64,000 bases of DNA from the NCBI GenBank assembly GCA_963794245.1, contig CAWCDD010000005.1:498059-562058 (forward strand). The letters run 5' to 3'. Made by a program: the position numbers and the translations under genes. Source of the DNA: an uncultured Actinomycetota bacterium. Lineage in GTDB: Bacteria > Actinomycetota > Actinomycetes > Mycobacteriales > Mycobacteriaceae. How positions within the stretch are numbered: position 1 is the stretch's first letter; each line of letters opens with the position of its first letter. Positions 29,762-38,111 of this stretch are shown here, in pieces. The notes beneath the pieces are model-generated. The model was not told the DNA's origin. It worked only from the letters and a program-made list of their open reading frames with translations, and did no database searches.

Positions 29762-30928
29762 ATGTCTTCGCGTGCCAGCAGTACCCCTTATTTCAACGCG
29801 TCCAAACAAAGCGATCCGGCAGCTCTCTTCGCGTTGCCTGCTGGTTCCACCGCGATCGTCTACTGCGAGGGCCAGTTCGGCGAGCAGGACGGTAAGACCG
29901 CCAACGGCCTGGTCAGGCACTCGGAGAAATACGAGATCCTCAGCGTCATCGACAGCCTCCGCGCCGGCATGGATGCCGGGAAGTTCCTCGACGGCACCGC
30001 GAACGGCATCCCGGTGCTGGCTTCGCTCACCGAGGCCATCTCGCATGCCGGCCACGTACCCGACTACCTGATCTGCGGGCTGGCACCTGCCGACGGCCTA
30101 CTGTCGAGCGAGCAGCGGGTCGTGCTGCTCGACGGCATCGCCCGTGGGATGCACATCATCAACGGCCTGCACGAGTTCCTCAACGCCGACGCCGAATTCG
30201 TGGCGGCCGCCGTGATCGCGGGTGTCACCATCACCGACGTGCGCCGACCCAAGGCCAAGCGCGACCTGCATCTGTTCTCCGGCCGGATCTTCGACGTCAC
30301 ATGCCCCAGGATCGCGATCCTGGGTACGGACGGGGCGATCGGTAAGCGCACCACCGCCACGCTGCTGGTCCAGGCACTGAACGCGCGTGGCATCAAGACG
30401 GTCATGGTCGGCACCGGTCAGACCACCTTGATCCAGGGCGGTAAGTACGGCGTCGCGCTGGATGCGCTGGTCCCCCAGTTCTGCTCGGGCGAGGTCGAGC
30501 ACCAGGTCGTCGCCGCGTTCGAGGGCGAGGATCCCGACGTGATCGTCGTCGAGGGCCAGGGCGCACTCAGCCACCCCGCGTACATCACATCGGCGCACAT
30601 CCTGCGTGGCAGCCGCCCGGCCGGCGTGATCGTGCAGCACGCACCGAAGCGCAAGGTGCTCGGCGACTTCCCGATGGTGGCGATGCCGACCGCGGCCAGC
30701 GAGATCGCACTGATCGAGGCGTTCGCCGACACCCGCGTCATCGGGGTCACGATCAACCACGAGGAAATGACCGAAGACGAGCTGAGCAACGCGATCTCCG
30801 AACATCACTCGCAACTCGGCATCCCGGTCACCGACCCTCTGACGCGCCCCTCGTCGGATCTGGTCGACATGGTGCTGACGGCTTTCCCCGCGCTCGCGGT
30901 GGTGGCCGACACGAACACCTCGGTGTGA
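29762..30928 (+). CDS. DUF1611-family P-loop protein (DgcN-like N-acetyltransferase family)
   Basis: The ORF track gives 29705..30928; ATG at 29762 (MSSRASSTPYF...) is likely. It contains AIVYCEGQFG..GKTANGL and the P-loop ILGTDGAIGKRTTA. Confidence 0.7.
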   Translation: MSSRASSTPYFNASKQSDPAALFALPAGSTAIVYCEGQFGEQDGKTANGLVRHSEKYEILSVIDSLRAGMDAGKFLDGTANGIPVLASLTEAISHAGHVPDYLICGLAPADGLLSSEQRVVLLDGIARGMHIINGLHEFLNADAEFVAAAVIAGVTITDVRRPKAKRDLHLFSGRIFDVTCPRIAILGTDGAIGKRTTATLLVQALNARGIKTVMVGTGQTTLIQGGKYGVALDALVPQFCSGEVEHQVVAAFEGEDPDVIVVEGQGALSHPAYITSAHILRGSRPAGVIVQHAPKRKVLGDFPMVAMPTAASEIALIEAFADTRVIGVTINHEEMTEDELSNAISEHHSQLGIPVTDPLTRPSSDLVDMVLTAFPALAVVADTNTSV

Positions 30929-32091
30929 CGCTTCGGCTCGAGACCGATCTCGACAAGGTCGAGCAGAACACGCGCATCCTGGTTGACCGGCTGGCCTCCA
31001 AGGGCATTCGGGTCACCGGCATCACCAAGGCCGTGTTGGGCTCGCCGGGAGTCGGCGCGGCGATGCTGCGCGGCGGCGCCTGCGGCCTCGGCGATTCCCG
31101 GGTGCCGAACCTCGCCCGGCTGGCCGGTCTGGACCGACCACTGTCACGCACGTTGGTCCGCTCTCCCATGCTCAGCGAAGTGCCACGGGTCGTTGACGTC
31201 GCCGACGTCAGTCTAAACACCGAGGCCGTCGTGCTGGCCGCGCTCGATCAGGCCGCTTCCCAGCAGAAGCGGACGCACGCCGTCGTGCTCATGGTCGAGC
31301 TGGGTGACCTTCGCGAGGGAATCGTGATCGGCGACGCCCCCGAGGCCGTGCGGGCCGTCCTCGCTCACTCCTCCCTCCGGCTTGCCGGGCTCGGCGCCAA
31401 CCTCGCCTGTCAGAGCGGTGTCGTGCCTGACGACCGGAACATGGGCATCCTCACCGGGCTCGTGGACGACGTCGAGGCACTGCACGGGATCTCCCTCGAC
31501 GTCGTCTCAGGCGGCAACTCGGCGAACCTGAGCTGGGCTCTGCGCACCCAGGACGTCGGCCGCATCAACGAGCTCCGACTCGGCGAAGCCATCCTGCTCG
31601 GCGTCGATCCGCTGTACCGGACGCCGATCCCCGGCCTACACACGAACGCCTTCACGTTGACCGCCGAGGTCATCGAGGTCGGCATGAAGCCGGCTCAGCC
31701 GTGGGGTGATCGTGGCCAGGCGGCCTTCGGTGAGGCGCCGGTCCGCACCGGCAGCAAGACCGTGCGTCAAGCAATCCTGGCCCTCGGTCGCCAGGACGTG
31801 GACCCAGACAGTCTGCAGCCACCCGAGGGCATCACGATCCTCGGGGTGAGCAGTGATCACCTCGTAGTCGACCTCGGCGATCACTCTGTCGCGGTCGGCG
31901 ACGAAATCGGCTTCGGCGTCGGCTACGGCGCACTCGTGCGGGCGATGACGTCGCCCTTCGTCACCAAGATCGAGCACCTTGGCCGTTCGGTCGCACCCGA
32001 GGCGATCCAGGCGCCGACACCGGTCCAGGTTTCGACCCCCCGCCCGGTGCCGGACACCGATGCCGGTGGCGAACCGCCCTTCCCAGCTTGA
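30925..32091 (+). CDS. PLP-dependent amino-acid racemase, alanine-racemase N-terminal-domain family (COG3457-like)
   Basis: 388-aa ORF with a GTGA start/stop overlap with the upstream gene. It contains ITKAVLG (candidate PLP Lys), VVSGGNS and RLGEAILLG, with a Pro-rich tail. Confidence 0.65.
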   Translation: MTLRLETDLDKVEQNTRILVDRLASKGIRVTGITKAVLGSPGVGAAMLRGGACGLGDSRVPNLARLAGLDRPLSRTLVRSPMLSEVPRVVDVADVSLNTEAVVLAALDQAASQQKRTHAVVLMVELGDLREGIVIGDAPEAVRAVLAHSSLRLAGLGANLACQSGVVPDDRNMGILTGLVDDVEALHGISLDVVSGGNSANLSWALRTQDVGRINELRLGEAILLGVDPLYRTPIPGLHTNAFTLTAEVIEVGMKPAQPWGDRGQAAFGEAPVRTGSKTVRQAILALGRQDVDPDSLQPPEGITILGVSSDHLVVDLGDHSVAVGDEIGFGVGYGALVRAMTSPFVTKIEHLGRSVAPEAIQAPTPVQVSTPRPVPDTDAGGEPPFPA

Positions 32092-32257
32092 GTGCCTGCT
32101 CCGCACAGTCCATCTCGGCATATCCGGTGTCACCGTCCGACTGCTGCTGGCCGTTGATCGAAGGACGAATCTTAAAGAAAGAGGACGGGCGCTACATGGG
32201 GCCGTCGTCAATGACCAACCGGGCCGCTTCCCACCCTGACGGAATGGGTCTCTGAGT

Positions 32258-32285
32258 TGAGCGCGCCCGAAGGGATTCGAACCCC
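32258..32285. repeat. Right copy of the 28-bp direct repeat (within and just 3' of tRNA-Arg)
   Basis: Identical to 29544-29571. Confidence 0.8.
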
Positions 32286-32334
32286 CAACCTTCTGATCCG
32301 TAGTCAGATGCTCTATCCGTTGAGCTACGGGCGC
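32262..32334 (-). tRNA. tRNA-Arg (anticodon ACG)
   Basis: Reverse complement: GCGCCCG-TA-GCTC-AACGGATA-GAGC-A-TCTGA-CTACGGA-TCAGA-AGGTT-GGGGG-TTCGAAT-CCCTT-CGGGCGC-G. CCA is not encoded. Confidence 0.9.
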
Positions 32335-32372
32335 CTGTCTTCAGTTATGTCTTTGTCCTCGAAAGGACTCAG

Positions 32373-32461
32373 CGGAGGCGAGAGGATTTGAACCTCCGGT
32401 CCCCTTTAAGGGGGACAACTCATTAGCAGTGAGTCCCATTCGGCCGCTCTGGCACGCCTCC
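32373..32461 (-). tRNA. tRNA-Ser (anticodon GCU)
   Basis: Reverse complement: GGAGGCG-TG-CCAGAGCGGCCGAATGGG, anticodon arm ACTCA-CTGCTAA-TGAGT, long variable arm, T arm GGAGG-TTCAAAT-CCTCT, CGCCTCC-G. Confidence 0.9.
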
Positions 32462-32550
32462 CTTGGACTTCCTGAGGGTACCCGACACAGTGCGGGCGTC
32501 CCTGAACCGCCGGAGGCATAGCGTACACAGCGGGGACATATGCTGTCGAA

Positions 32551-33625
32551 ATGACTGCCCGCCTACGGCCAGAGCTGGCCGGGCTGCCAGTTTATGTTCC
32601 TGGTAAGACGGTGCCGGGTTCGATGAAACTGGCCAGCAACGAGACGGTGTTCGGCCCGCTGCCCAGTGTCCGCGCCGCCATTGCGCAAGCGACCGACATC
32701 ATCAACCGCTACCCGGACAACGGCTGCGTGCAACTCAAAGCCGCACTGGCCAAGCATCTGGGTTCGGGTTTCGAACCCGAGCACGTCGCCGTCGGCGCCG
32801 GCTCGGTCAGCCTGTGCCAGCAGCTTGTTCAGATCACCGCCGCGGCCGGCGACGAGGTGATCTTCGGATGGCGCAGCTTCGAGCTCTACCCGCCGCAGGT
32901 CCAGGTCGCCGGCGCGACGGCAATCAAGGTGCCGCTGACCGACCACACCTTCGACCTCTACGCCATGCTCGCCGCGATCACCGAACGCACCCGGCTGATC
33001 TTCGTCTGCAACCCCAACAACCCGACCTCCACGGTCGTCGACCCGGACGCGCTGACCCGCTTCGTCGAGGCCGTTCCGCCGCACATCGTGATCGCCATCG
33101 ACGAGGCCTATGTCGAATACATCCGCGACGGCATGCTGCCCGACAGCCTGGGTTTGGTCCGTTCTCGGCGCAACGTTGTTGTGCTGCGGACCTTTTCGAA
33201 GGCATACGGACTGGCGGGCCTGCGCATCGGCTACGCGATCGGCCACCCGGATCTGATCACAGCGCTGGACCAGGTATTCGTGCCGTTCTCCGTCACGAGC
33301 ATCTCGCAGGCCGCCGCCATCGCGTCGCTGGACGCCGCCGACGAATTGTTGGCCCGCACCGACGCCCTGGTCGCCGACCGCGTTCGGGTGAGCGCGCAGT
33401 TGCGCGATGCCGGGTTCACTTTGCCGCCGTCGCAGGCGAACTTCGTCTGGCTGCCGTTGGGAGCCGCGCACTCAGGATTTCGTCGCGCAGGCGGCCAACG
33501 CGGGGATCGTCGTTCGCCAGTACGGCAGCGACGGCGCCCGCGTCTCCATCGGTGCGCCGGACGAAAACGATGCGCTGCTGACATTTGCCCGCGACTGGAT
33601 TACCCACCCGGAGGTTGACGAATGA
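32551..33625 (+). pseudogene. hisC2: Histidinol-phosphate/aromatic aminotransferase HisC2, one frame disruption near the 3' end
   Basis: Frame 1 reads MTARLRPELAGLPVYVPGK...NPNNPT...RTFSKAYGLAGLRIGY...QANFVWLPLGA up to 33465. RTQDFVAQAANAGIVVRQYGSDGARVSIGAPDENDALLTFARDWITHPEVDE-stop follows in frame 2 from 33467, so there is an extra base at about 33466. Confidence 0.8.
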
Positions 33626-34083
33626 GCCTTGCCCGCAAGAAGTTCGATGAGTTCAAGGAACGCAGCGACAAGATCGACGACGCCGAGCTCGACGATTTCT
33701 GGGCGAGCCTTCCGCCGGCGACGGTCGACGGCATGATGGGCGAGTGGAAGGGCGGCGAGTTCGCCACCGGCCACATGATGAACGGGCAGCTGGAGAAGGC
33801 CGGTTGGTACGGCAAGACGTTCAAGTCCGCCAGCGACGTCCAGCCGCTGGTCTGTCTGGACGCCGACGGAAACAAGTTCTCCAACAAGGAGATGGGCAAG
33901 GGCGAGGCCAGCCTGTGGCTCGAGGACTTCCGCGGCGAGGTCACCGCGACGATGGTCTACGACGGCCAGCCCGTGCACGATCACTTCAAGACGGTCGACG
34001 ACGACACCGTGATGGGCATCATGAACGGCAAGGGTGTCCGGGATAACGGCCGGTATTACTACTTCTACCTCGAGCGGGTGTAG
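33622..34083 (+). CDS. GXWXG/DUF4334 domain protein
   Basis: 153-aa ORF whose ATG overlaps the hisC2 stop (ATGA). It contains MMGEWKGGEFATGH, the GXWXG motif. Confidence 0.7.
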   Translation: MSLARKKFDEFKERSDKIDDAELDDFWASLPPATVDGMMGEWKGGEFATGHMMNGQLEKAGWYGKTFKSASDVQPLVCLDADGNKFSNKEMGKGEASLWLEDFRGEVTATMVYDGQPVHDHFKTVDDDTVMGIMNGKGVRDNGRYYYFYLERV

Positions 34084-34097
34084 CTCCGGGCCTGCTG

Positions 34098-34200
34098 CGC
34101 TCGCAGTGTGCGCATAGGGCTTTGAGTGTGCGGCCTTGGCGGGATTTCGGCGGTTTTCCCGCCCTGAACGCACACTCGACGCCGCGAGCGCACACTCGCC
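34098..34200. repeat. REP-like nested palindrome between convergent genes
   Basis: AGTGTGCGC (34105-34113) and GAGTGTGCG (34124-34132) pair with CGCACACTC (34169-34177) and GCGCACACTCG (34188-34198). There is a central hairpin GGCGGGA(34138-34144)/TCCCGCC(34157-34163). Confidence 0.7.
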
Positions 34201-34205
34201 CGTGG

Positions 34206-34790
34206 CTAGCCGGCGGGGTTGCGGCCGGTGAACGCGACGAGTTGGTCCAAGGCGCTCGCATCGGCGGGCACGTCGACCGGGTCGTCGAACCCGGCGGTGC
34301 CGCGGAATTCCGGTCGGATGGTGCTGTGCGCCAAATCCAGCACATACTCGGCCAGCGGTTCCGGCGCGTCGACGTCGCGTCCCACGGCTTTCGCGTAATC
34401 CCAAGCGTGGACCAGGAATTCGATCGAGAAGATGCCACACGCCGACTTGGCCGGCATCTCGCCCTTACCGAACGGCACGTTGCCGTCCAGGCCCCGATGA
34501 TGCCAAGCATCCAAGGCGGGCCGCGCCGCCGCGATGATCTGCCGTTCCACCGAGTCGTGCGGTTCGAGCTGCGGGAACTCCACGCCCGCCATGCCGCCGA
34601 TGGCGGTGATCGATTTCAGCAGATGCTCGGTCAACTGGGTCACGTCGTATTCCGAGCACGGCGTCTGCCGCGCCATGTCGTCGCCGGCGATGGTGTGCAG
34701 CACGTGCTGCAGCACCCCGAGGGTGTCTTCGGCGCCCTGCAGTTCGTCGGCCGGTGGAGAATCTGGTCCGGGTCGCAAATCACGAGGCAT
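34206..34790 (-). CDS. DinB/mycothiol-dependent maleylpyruvate-isomerase-like family protein (Rv3773c-like)
   Basis: The maximal ORF runs to 34826. ATG at 34790 (MPRDLRPGPD...) leaves 23 bp to the divergent echA21 start. It contains QTPCSEYDVTQLTEHLL and a C-terminus ending LVAFTGRNP. Confidence 0.7.
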   Translation of the reverse strand: MPRDLRPGPDSPPADELQGAEDTLGVLQHVLHTIAGDDMARQTPCSEYDVTQLTEHLLKSITAIGGMAGVEFPQLEPHDSVERQIIAAARPALDAWHHRGLDGNVPFGKGEMPAKSACGIFSIEFLVHAWDYAKAVGRDVDAPEPLAEYVLDLAHSTIRPEFRGTAGFDDPVDVPADASALDQLVAFTGRNPAG

Positions 34791-34813
34791 ATCCGCCACG
34801 CTACGGTCTCGAT

Positions 34814-35638
34814 ATGGGCGATACATACGAATCCGTCACCGTGGAGATCAAAGACCACGTTGCGCAGGTGACGCTGATCGGACCCGGTAAGGGCAACGCG
34901 ATGGGGCCCGCCTTCTGGTCGGAGATGCCGGAGGTGTTCGCAACCCTGGACGCCGACCGCGACGTGCGTGCCATCGTCATCACCGGATCGGGCAAGAACT
35001 TCAGCTATGGCCTGGACGTGCCGGCGATGGGCGGGGCGTTCGCCGGGGTGCTGGCCGAAGGTGCGCTGGCCCGCCCGCGCACCGACTTCCATGCCGAGAT
35101 CAAGCGCATGCAGGGCGCGATCACCGCGGTGGCGGACTGCCGCACCCCGACCATCGCCGCGGTGCACGGGTGGTGCATCGGCGGCGGCGTCGACCTGATC
35201 TCCGCGGTCGACATCCGCTACGCCAGCGCCGACGCCAAGTTCTCGGTCCGCGAAGTCAAACTCGCCATCGTCGCCGACGTCGGCAGCCTGGCCCGGCTTC
35301 CGCTGATCCTGAACGACGGCCATCTGCGGGAGCTGGCATTGACGGGCAAGGACATCGACGCGGCCCGCGCCGAAAAAATCGGCCTGGTCAACGACGTGTA
35401 CGACGACCCCGGCAAGACCCTGGCCGCGGCGCATGCGACGGCCGCGGACATCGCCGCCAACCCGCCGCTGACGGTGTATGGCATCAAGGACGTGCTGGAC
35501 CAACAGCGCATCTCCGCGGTTTCCGAAAGCCTGCGCTATGTCGCCACCTGGAACGCCGCCTTCTTGCCTTCCAAAGACCTGACCGAGGGCATATCGGCGA
35601 CGTTCGCCAAGCGTCCGCCGCAGTTCACCGGGGAGTAG
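34814..35638 (+). CDS. echA21: Enoyl-CoA hydratase/isomerase EchA21
   Basis: ATG at 34814 (MGDTYESVTVEIKDHVAQVTLIGPGKGNAMG...) with crotonase motifs ITGSGKNFSYGLD and VHGWCIGGGVDL. Confidence 0.85.
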   Translation: MGDTYESVTVEIKDHVAQVTLIGPGKGNAMGPAFWSEMPEVFATLDADRDVRAIVITGSGKNFSYGLDVPAMGGAFAGVLAEGALARPRTDFHAEIKRMQGAITAVADCRTPTIAAVHGWCIGGGVDLISAVDIRYASADAKFSVREVKLAIVADVGSLARLPLILNDGHLRELALTGKDIDAARAEKIGLVNDVYDDPGKTLAAAHATAADIAANPPLTVYGIKDVLDQQRISAVSESLRYVATWNAAFLPSKDLTEGISATFAKRPPQFTGE

Positions 35639-35663
35639 CCGGGCTCCACGTACCCTCGCGGGG

Positions 35664-36908
35664 GTGGCAACGATGACTGCAGACGGCAAGATCCGGGTCC
35701 CGGCCGACTTGGACTCGGTCACCGCGGTCGGCGAAGAGGACCGCTCGGAAATCGCCAGCGCCGCCGTCGAACGCATCTGGCAGGCCGCCCGTCACTGGTA
35801 TCAGGCCGGCATGCACCCGGCGATCCAGTTGTGCATCCGGCATCGTGGTCGCGTCGTGCTCAACCGCGCGATCGGCCACGGCTGGGGCAATGCGCCCACC
35901 GATGCGCCGGACGCCGAGAAGGTCCCCGTCACCACGGACACACCGTTTTGCGTGTACTCGGCGTCCAAGGGCATCACCGCGACCGTCGTGCACATGCTCA
36001 CCGAACGCGGGGTGTTCTCGCTCGACGACCGCGTCTGCGACTACCTTCCCGGCTACACCAGTCACGGCAAGGACCGCACCACGATCCGGCATGTGCTGAC
36101 CCACAGCGCGGGTGTCCCGTTTGCGACGGGGCCCAAGCCGGACCTGAAACGCGCCGACGACCACGAGTACGCGCAGGAGCAGCTCGCCAAGCTGCGACCG
36201 CTGTACCGGCCGGGGCTGGTGCACATCTACCACGCGCTGACCTGGGGCCCGCTGATGCGCGAGATCGTCTACGCGGCCACCGGCAAGGACATTCGCGAGA
36301 TCCTGGCTACCGAAATCCTTGACCCGCTGGGCTTTCGGTGGACGAACTTCGGCGTCGACAAACAAGACGTCCCACTCGTCGCGCCGAGTCACGCCACCGG
36401 CCAGACGCTGCCGCCGGTGATCGCCCAGATCTTCCGTAAGGCGATCGGCGGAACCGTGCACGAAATGATTCCCTATACGAACACCCCGGGCTATCTGACC
36501 ACCGTGGTCCCGTCATCGAACACCGTCTCAACCGCCGACGAGATGTCACGCTTCGCCGAAATCTGGCGCCGCTACGGCGAACTCGACGGTGTACGGGTAC
36601 TGCAGGCGGAAACGATGCGAGGCGCGGTCGCCGAATCCCGACGGTTGCGGCCGGATTTCGCGGTGGGTCTGATGCCGGCCCGCTGGGGCACGGGCTTCAT
36701 CCTCGGCACGAACCGATGGGGGCCGTTCGGGCGCAACGCGCCGGCCGCATTCGGCAATCTCGGCCTCAGCAACATCGCGATGTGGGCCGACCCCGAGCGC
36801 AACCTGTCCGCCGGTCTGATCAGCAGCGGCAAACCCGGCCGCGACCCCGAACTGCGCCGCTACACCGCGCTGATGAACACCATCGCGGCACAGATCCCTG
36901 CCGACTGA
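35664..36908 (+). CDS. lipE: Beta-lactamase-fold esterase/lipase LipE
   Basis: 414-aa ORF (GTG; alternative ATG at 35673) with the S-x-x-K nucleophile motif VYSASKGITA. Syntenic with Rv3775. Confidence 0.8.
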   Translation: MATMTADGKIRVPADLDSVTAVGEEDRSEIASAAVERIWQAARHWYQAGMHPAIQLCIRHRGRVVLNRAIGHGWGNAPTDAPDAEKVPVTTDTPFCVYSASKGITATVVHMLTERGVFSLDDRVCDYLPGYTSHGKDRTTIRHVLTHSAGVPFATGPKPDLKRADDHEYAQEQLAKLRPLYRPGLVHIYHALTWGPLMREIVYAATGKDIREILATEILDPLGFRWTNFGVDKQDVPLVAPSHATGQTLPPVIAQIFRKAIGGTVHEMIPYTNTPGYLTTVVPSSNTVSTADEMSRFAEIWRRYGELDGVRVLQAETMRGAVAESRRLRPDFAVGLMPARWGTGFILGTNRWGPFGRNAPAAFGNLGLSNIAMWADPERNLSAGLISSGKPGRDPELRRYTALMNTIAAQIPAD

Positions 36909-36959
36909 CCCGCTGACGCTGCACTAGGCGGGTTTAAGCCTTTCGGGCAACAATGGTGC

Positions 36960-37982
36960 ATGGATTCGGGCCGCTTCCGCGAGTTGCTCGGTGCGCCCGG
37001 GCCGTTCGCGTCGGTCTATTTCGAGGACTCGGCGGACGACGGCGACCCCAGTCCTGGGCTCGAGCTGAAATGGCGCGCCCTGCGCGAAGAACTTCAGCTG
37101 CAAGGGGCAACCGAAACAATCACCGCGGCAATCGAGCACGCGGTCCTGCACCTGCGTTTGCCGATCGGCCGCGGCGGGCGCGCGGTGATTGCCGGCGCGA
37201 CGGGGGTCCTGGTCAACGAGTACTTACTCCGGCCGACTGCCCGGCCGGTCGTCCGAGTCTCCGAATTGCCGTACATCGTCCCGGTCCTCGAATACGGCGT
37301 TACGCAGTCAGATTATTTGCTGGTGGTGGCCGACCGGACCGGCGCGCTCATCACCAGCCACTGTGATGCCACGCGGCTTTCCGAAGCCATCGAGGTCGAC
37401 GTTGCGGACCGGATCAGCGAACTCGTGCACGACACGTCGTTCAGCGCACTGTTCTTGGTTGGCGATGAGGAGTCCCGGTCGAGTCTGCTGGCAGCACTGC
37501 CAGACCGGATCCGGAAGCAGGTGACGTCGCTGCCGATCGCGGTCCGGCGCGGCGGATATGACTTCGAGGAGATTCAACGGGCCATCGACTCCACCCTGCT
37601 CTCGCAACGCCGCAGCGCCATGGACACTGCGGCAGCACGTTTCACCGACGAGCTTGGCCGGCGATCCGGGCTGGCTGTCGAGGGACTCGGTGCGGTCTGC
37701 GCTGCCCTGCGCCAGGGCGCGGTCGACACGATGATCATCGGCGAGATCGGCGACGCCACCGTGGTCGCCGACGAGGGCATGACCGCTGTCGCGCCGAGCG
37801 CCGACGCGATCTCCGAGCTGGGCGCCGCCGCCGCTAAGACGCTACGCGCCGACGAAGCCTTGCCGCTGTTGGCGATTTCCGTCGGGGCCACGCTGGTCCG
37901 CACCGATGAGCGGATTGCTCCCGCCGACGGAATCGGCGCCGTCCTTCGCTACGCGCCGACGCTGCATCAGGCTCGCCGCTGA
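36960..37982 (+). CDS. Bacterial eRF1-like (baeRF/Vms1-related) family protein
   Basis: 340-aa ORF. The N-terminus FRELLGAPGPFASVYFEDS and the overall layout resemble the actinobacterial eRF1-like proteins (for example Mtb Rv2629) as I remember them. This is not verified by search. Confidence 0.5.
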   Translation: MDSGRFRELLGAPGPFASVYFEDSADDGDPSPGLELKWRALREELQLQGATETITAAIEHAVLHLRLPIGRGGRAVIAGATGVLVNEYLLRPTARPVVRVSELPYIVPVLEYGVTQSDYLLVVADRTGALITSHCDATRLSEAIEVDVADRISELVHDTSFSALFLVGDEESRSSLLAALPDRIRKQVTSLPIAVRRGGYDFEEIQRAIDSTLLSQRRSAMDTAAARFTDELGRRSGLAVEGLGAVCAALRQGAVDTMIIGEIGDATVVADEGMTAVAPSADAISELGAAAAKTLRADEALPLLAISVGATLVRTDERIAPADGIGAVLRYAPTLHQARR

Positions 37983-37988
37983 ACACTG

Positions 37989-38075
37989 CGGTGGCGGAGG
38001 GATTTGAACCCCCGGACGGTTTTAGCCGTCTCTCGCTTTCAAGGCGAGTGCATTAGGCCGCTCTGCCACGCCACC
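37989..38075 (-). tRNA. tRNA-Ser (anticodon UGA)
   Basis: Reverse complement: GGTGGCG-TG-GCAGAGCGGCCTAATGCA, anticodon arm CTCGC-CTTGAAA-GCGAG, long variable arm, T arm GGGGG-TTCAAAT-CCCTC, CGCCACC-G. Confidence 0.9.
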
Positions 38076-38111
38076 GCTGACAAGGGTAACGGGGCTAGTA
38101 CCGTGGCCCGC

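Larger units (their letters stand above)
29544..32285. mobile_element. Integrase-less genomic islet bounded by tRNA-Arg-derived direct repeats
   Basis: 28-bp perfect direct repeats at both ends. The right copy covers 24 nt of the tRNA-Arg(ACG) 3' end plus 4 nt downstream. The cargo is two translationally coupled genes. No integrase or excisionase ORF was seen. Confidence 0.5.

Noticed and set aside
7067-32334. Functional link between tadA and its substrate tRNA-Arg(ACG) in the same window
   Set aside because: They are 25 kb apart with many unrelated genes between, and both positions are conserved synteny. I consider it coincidence.
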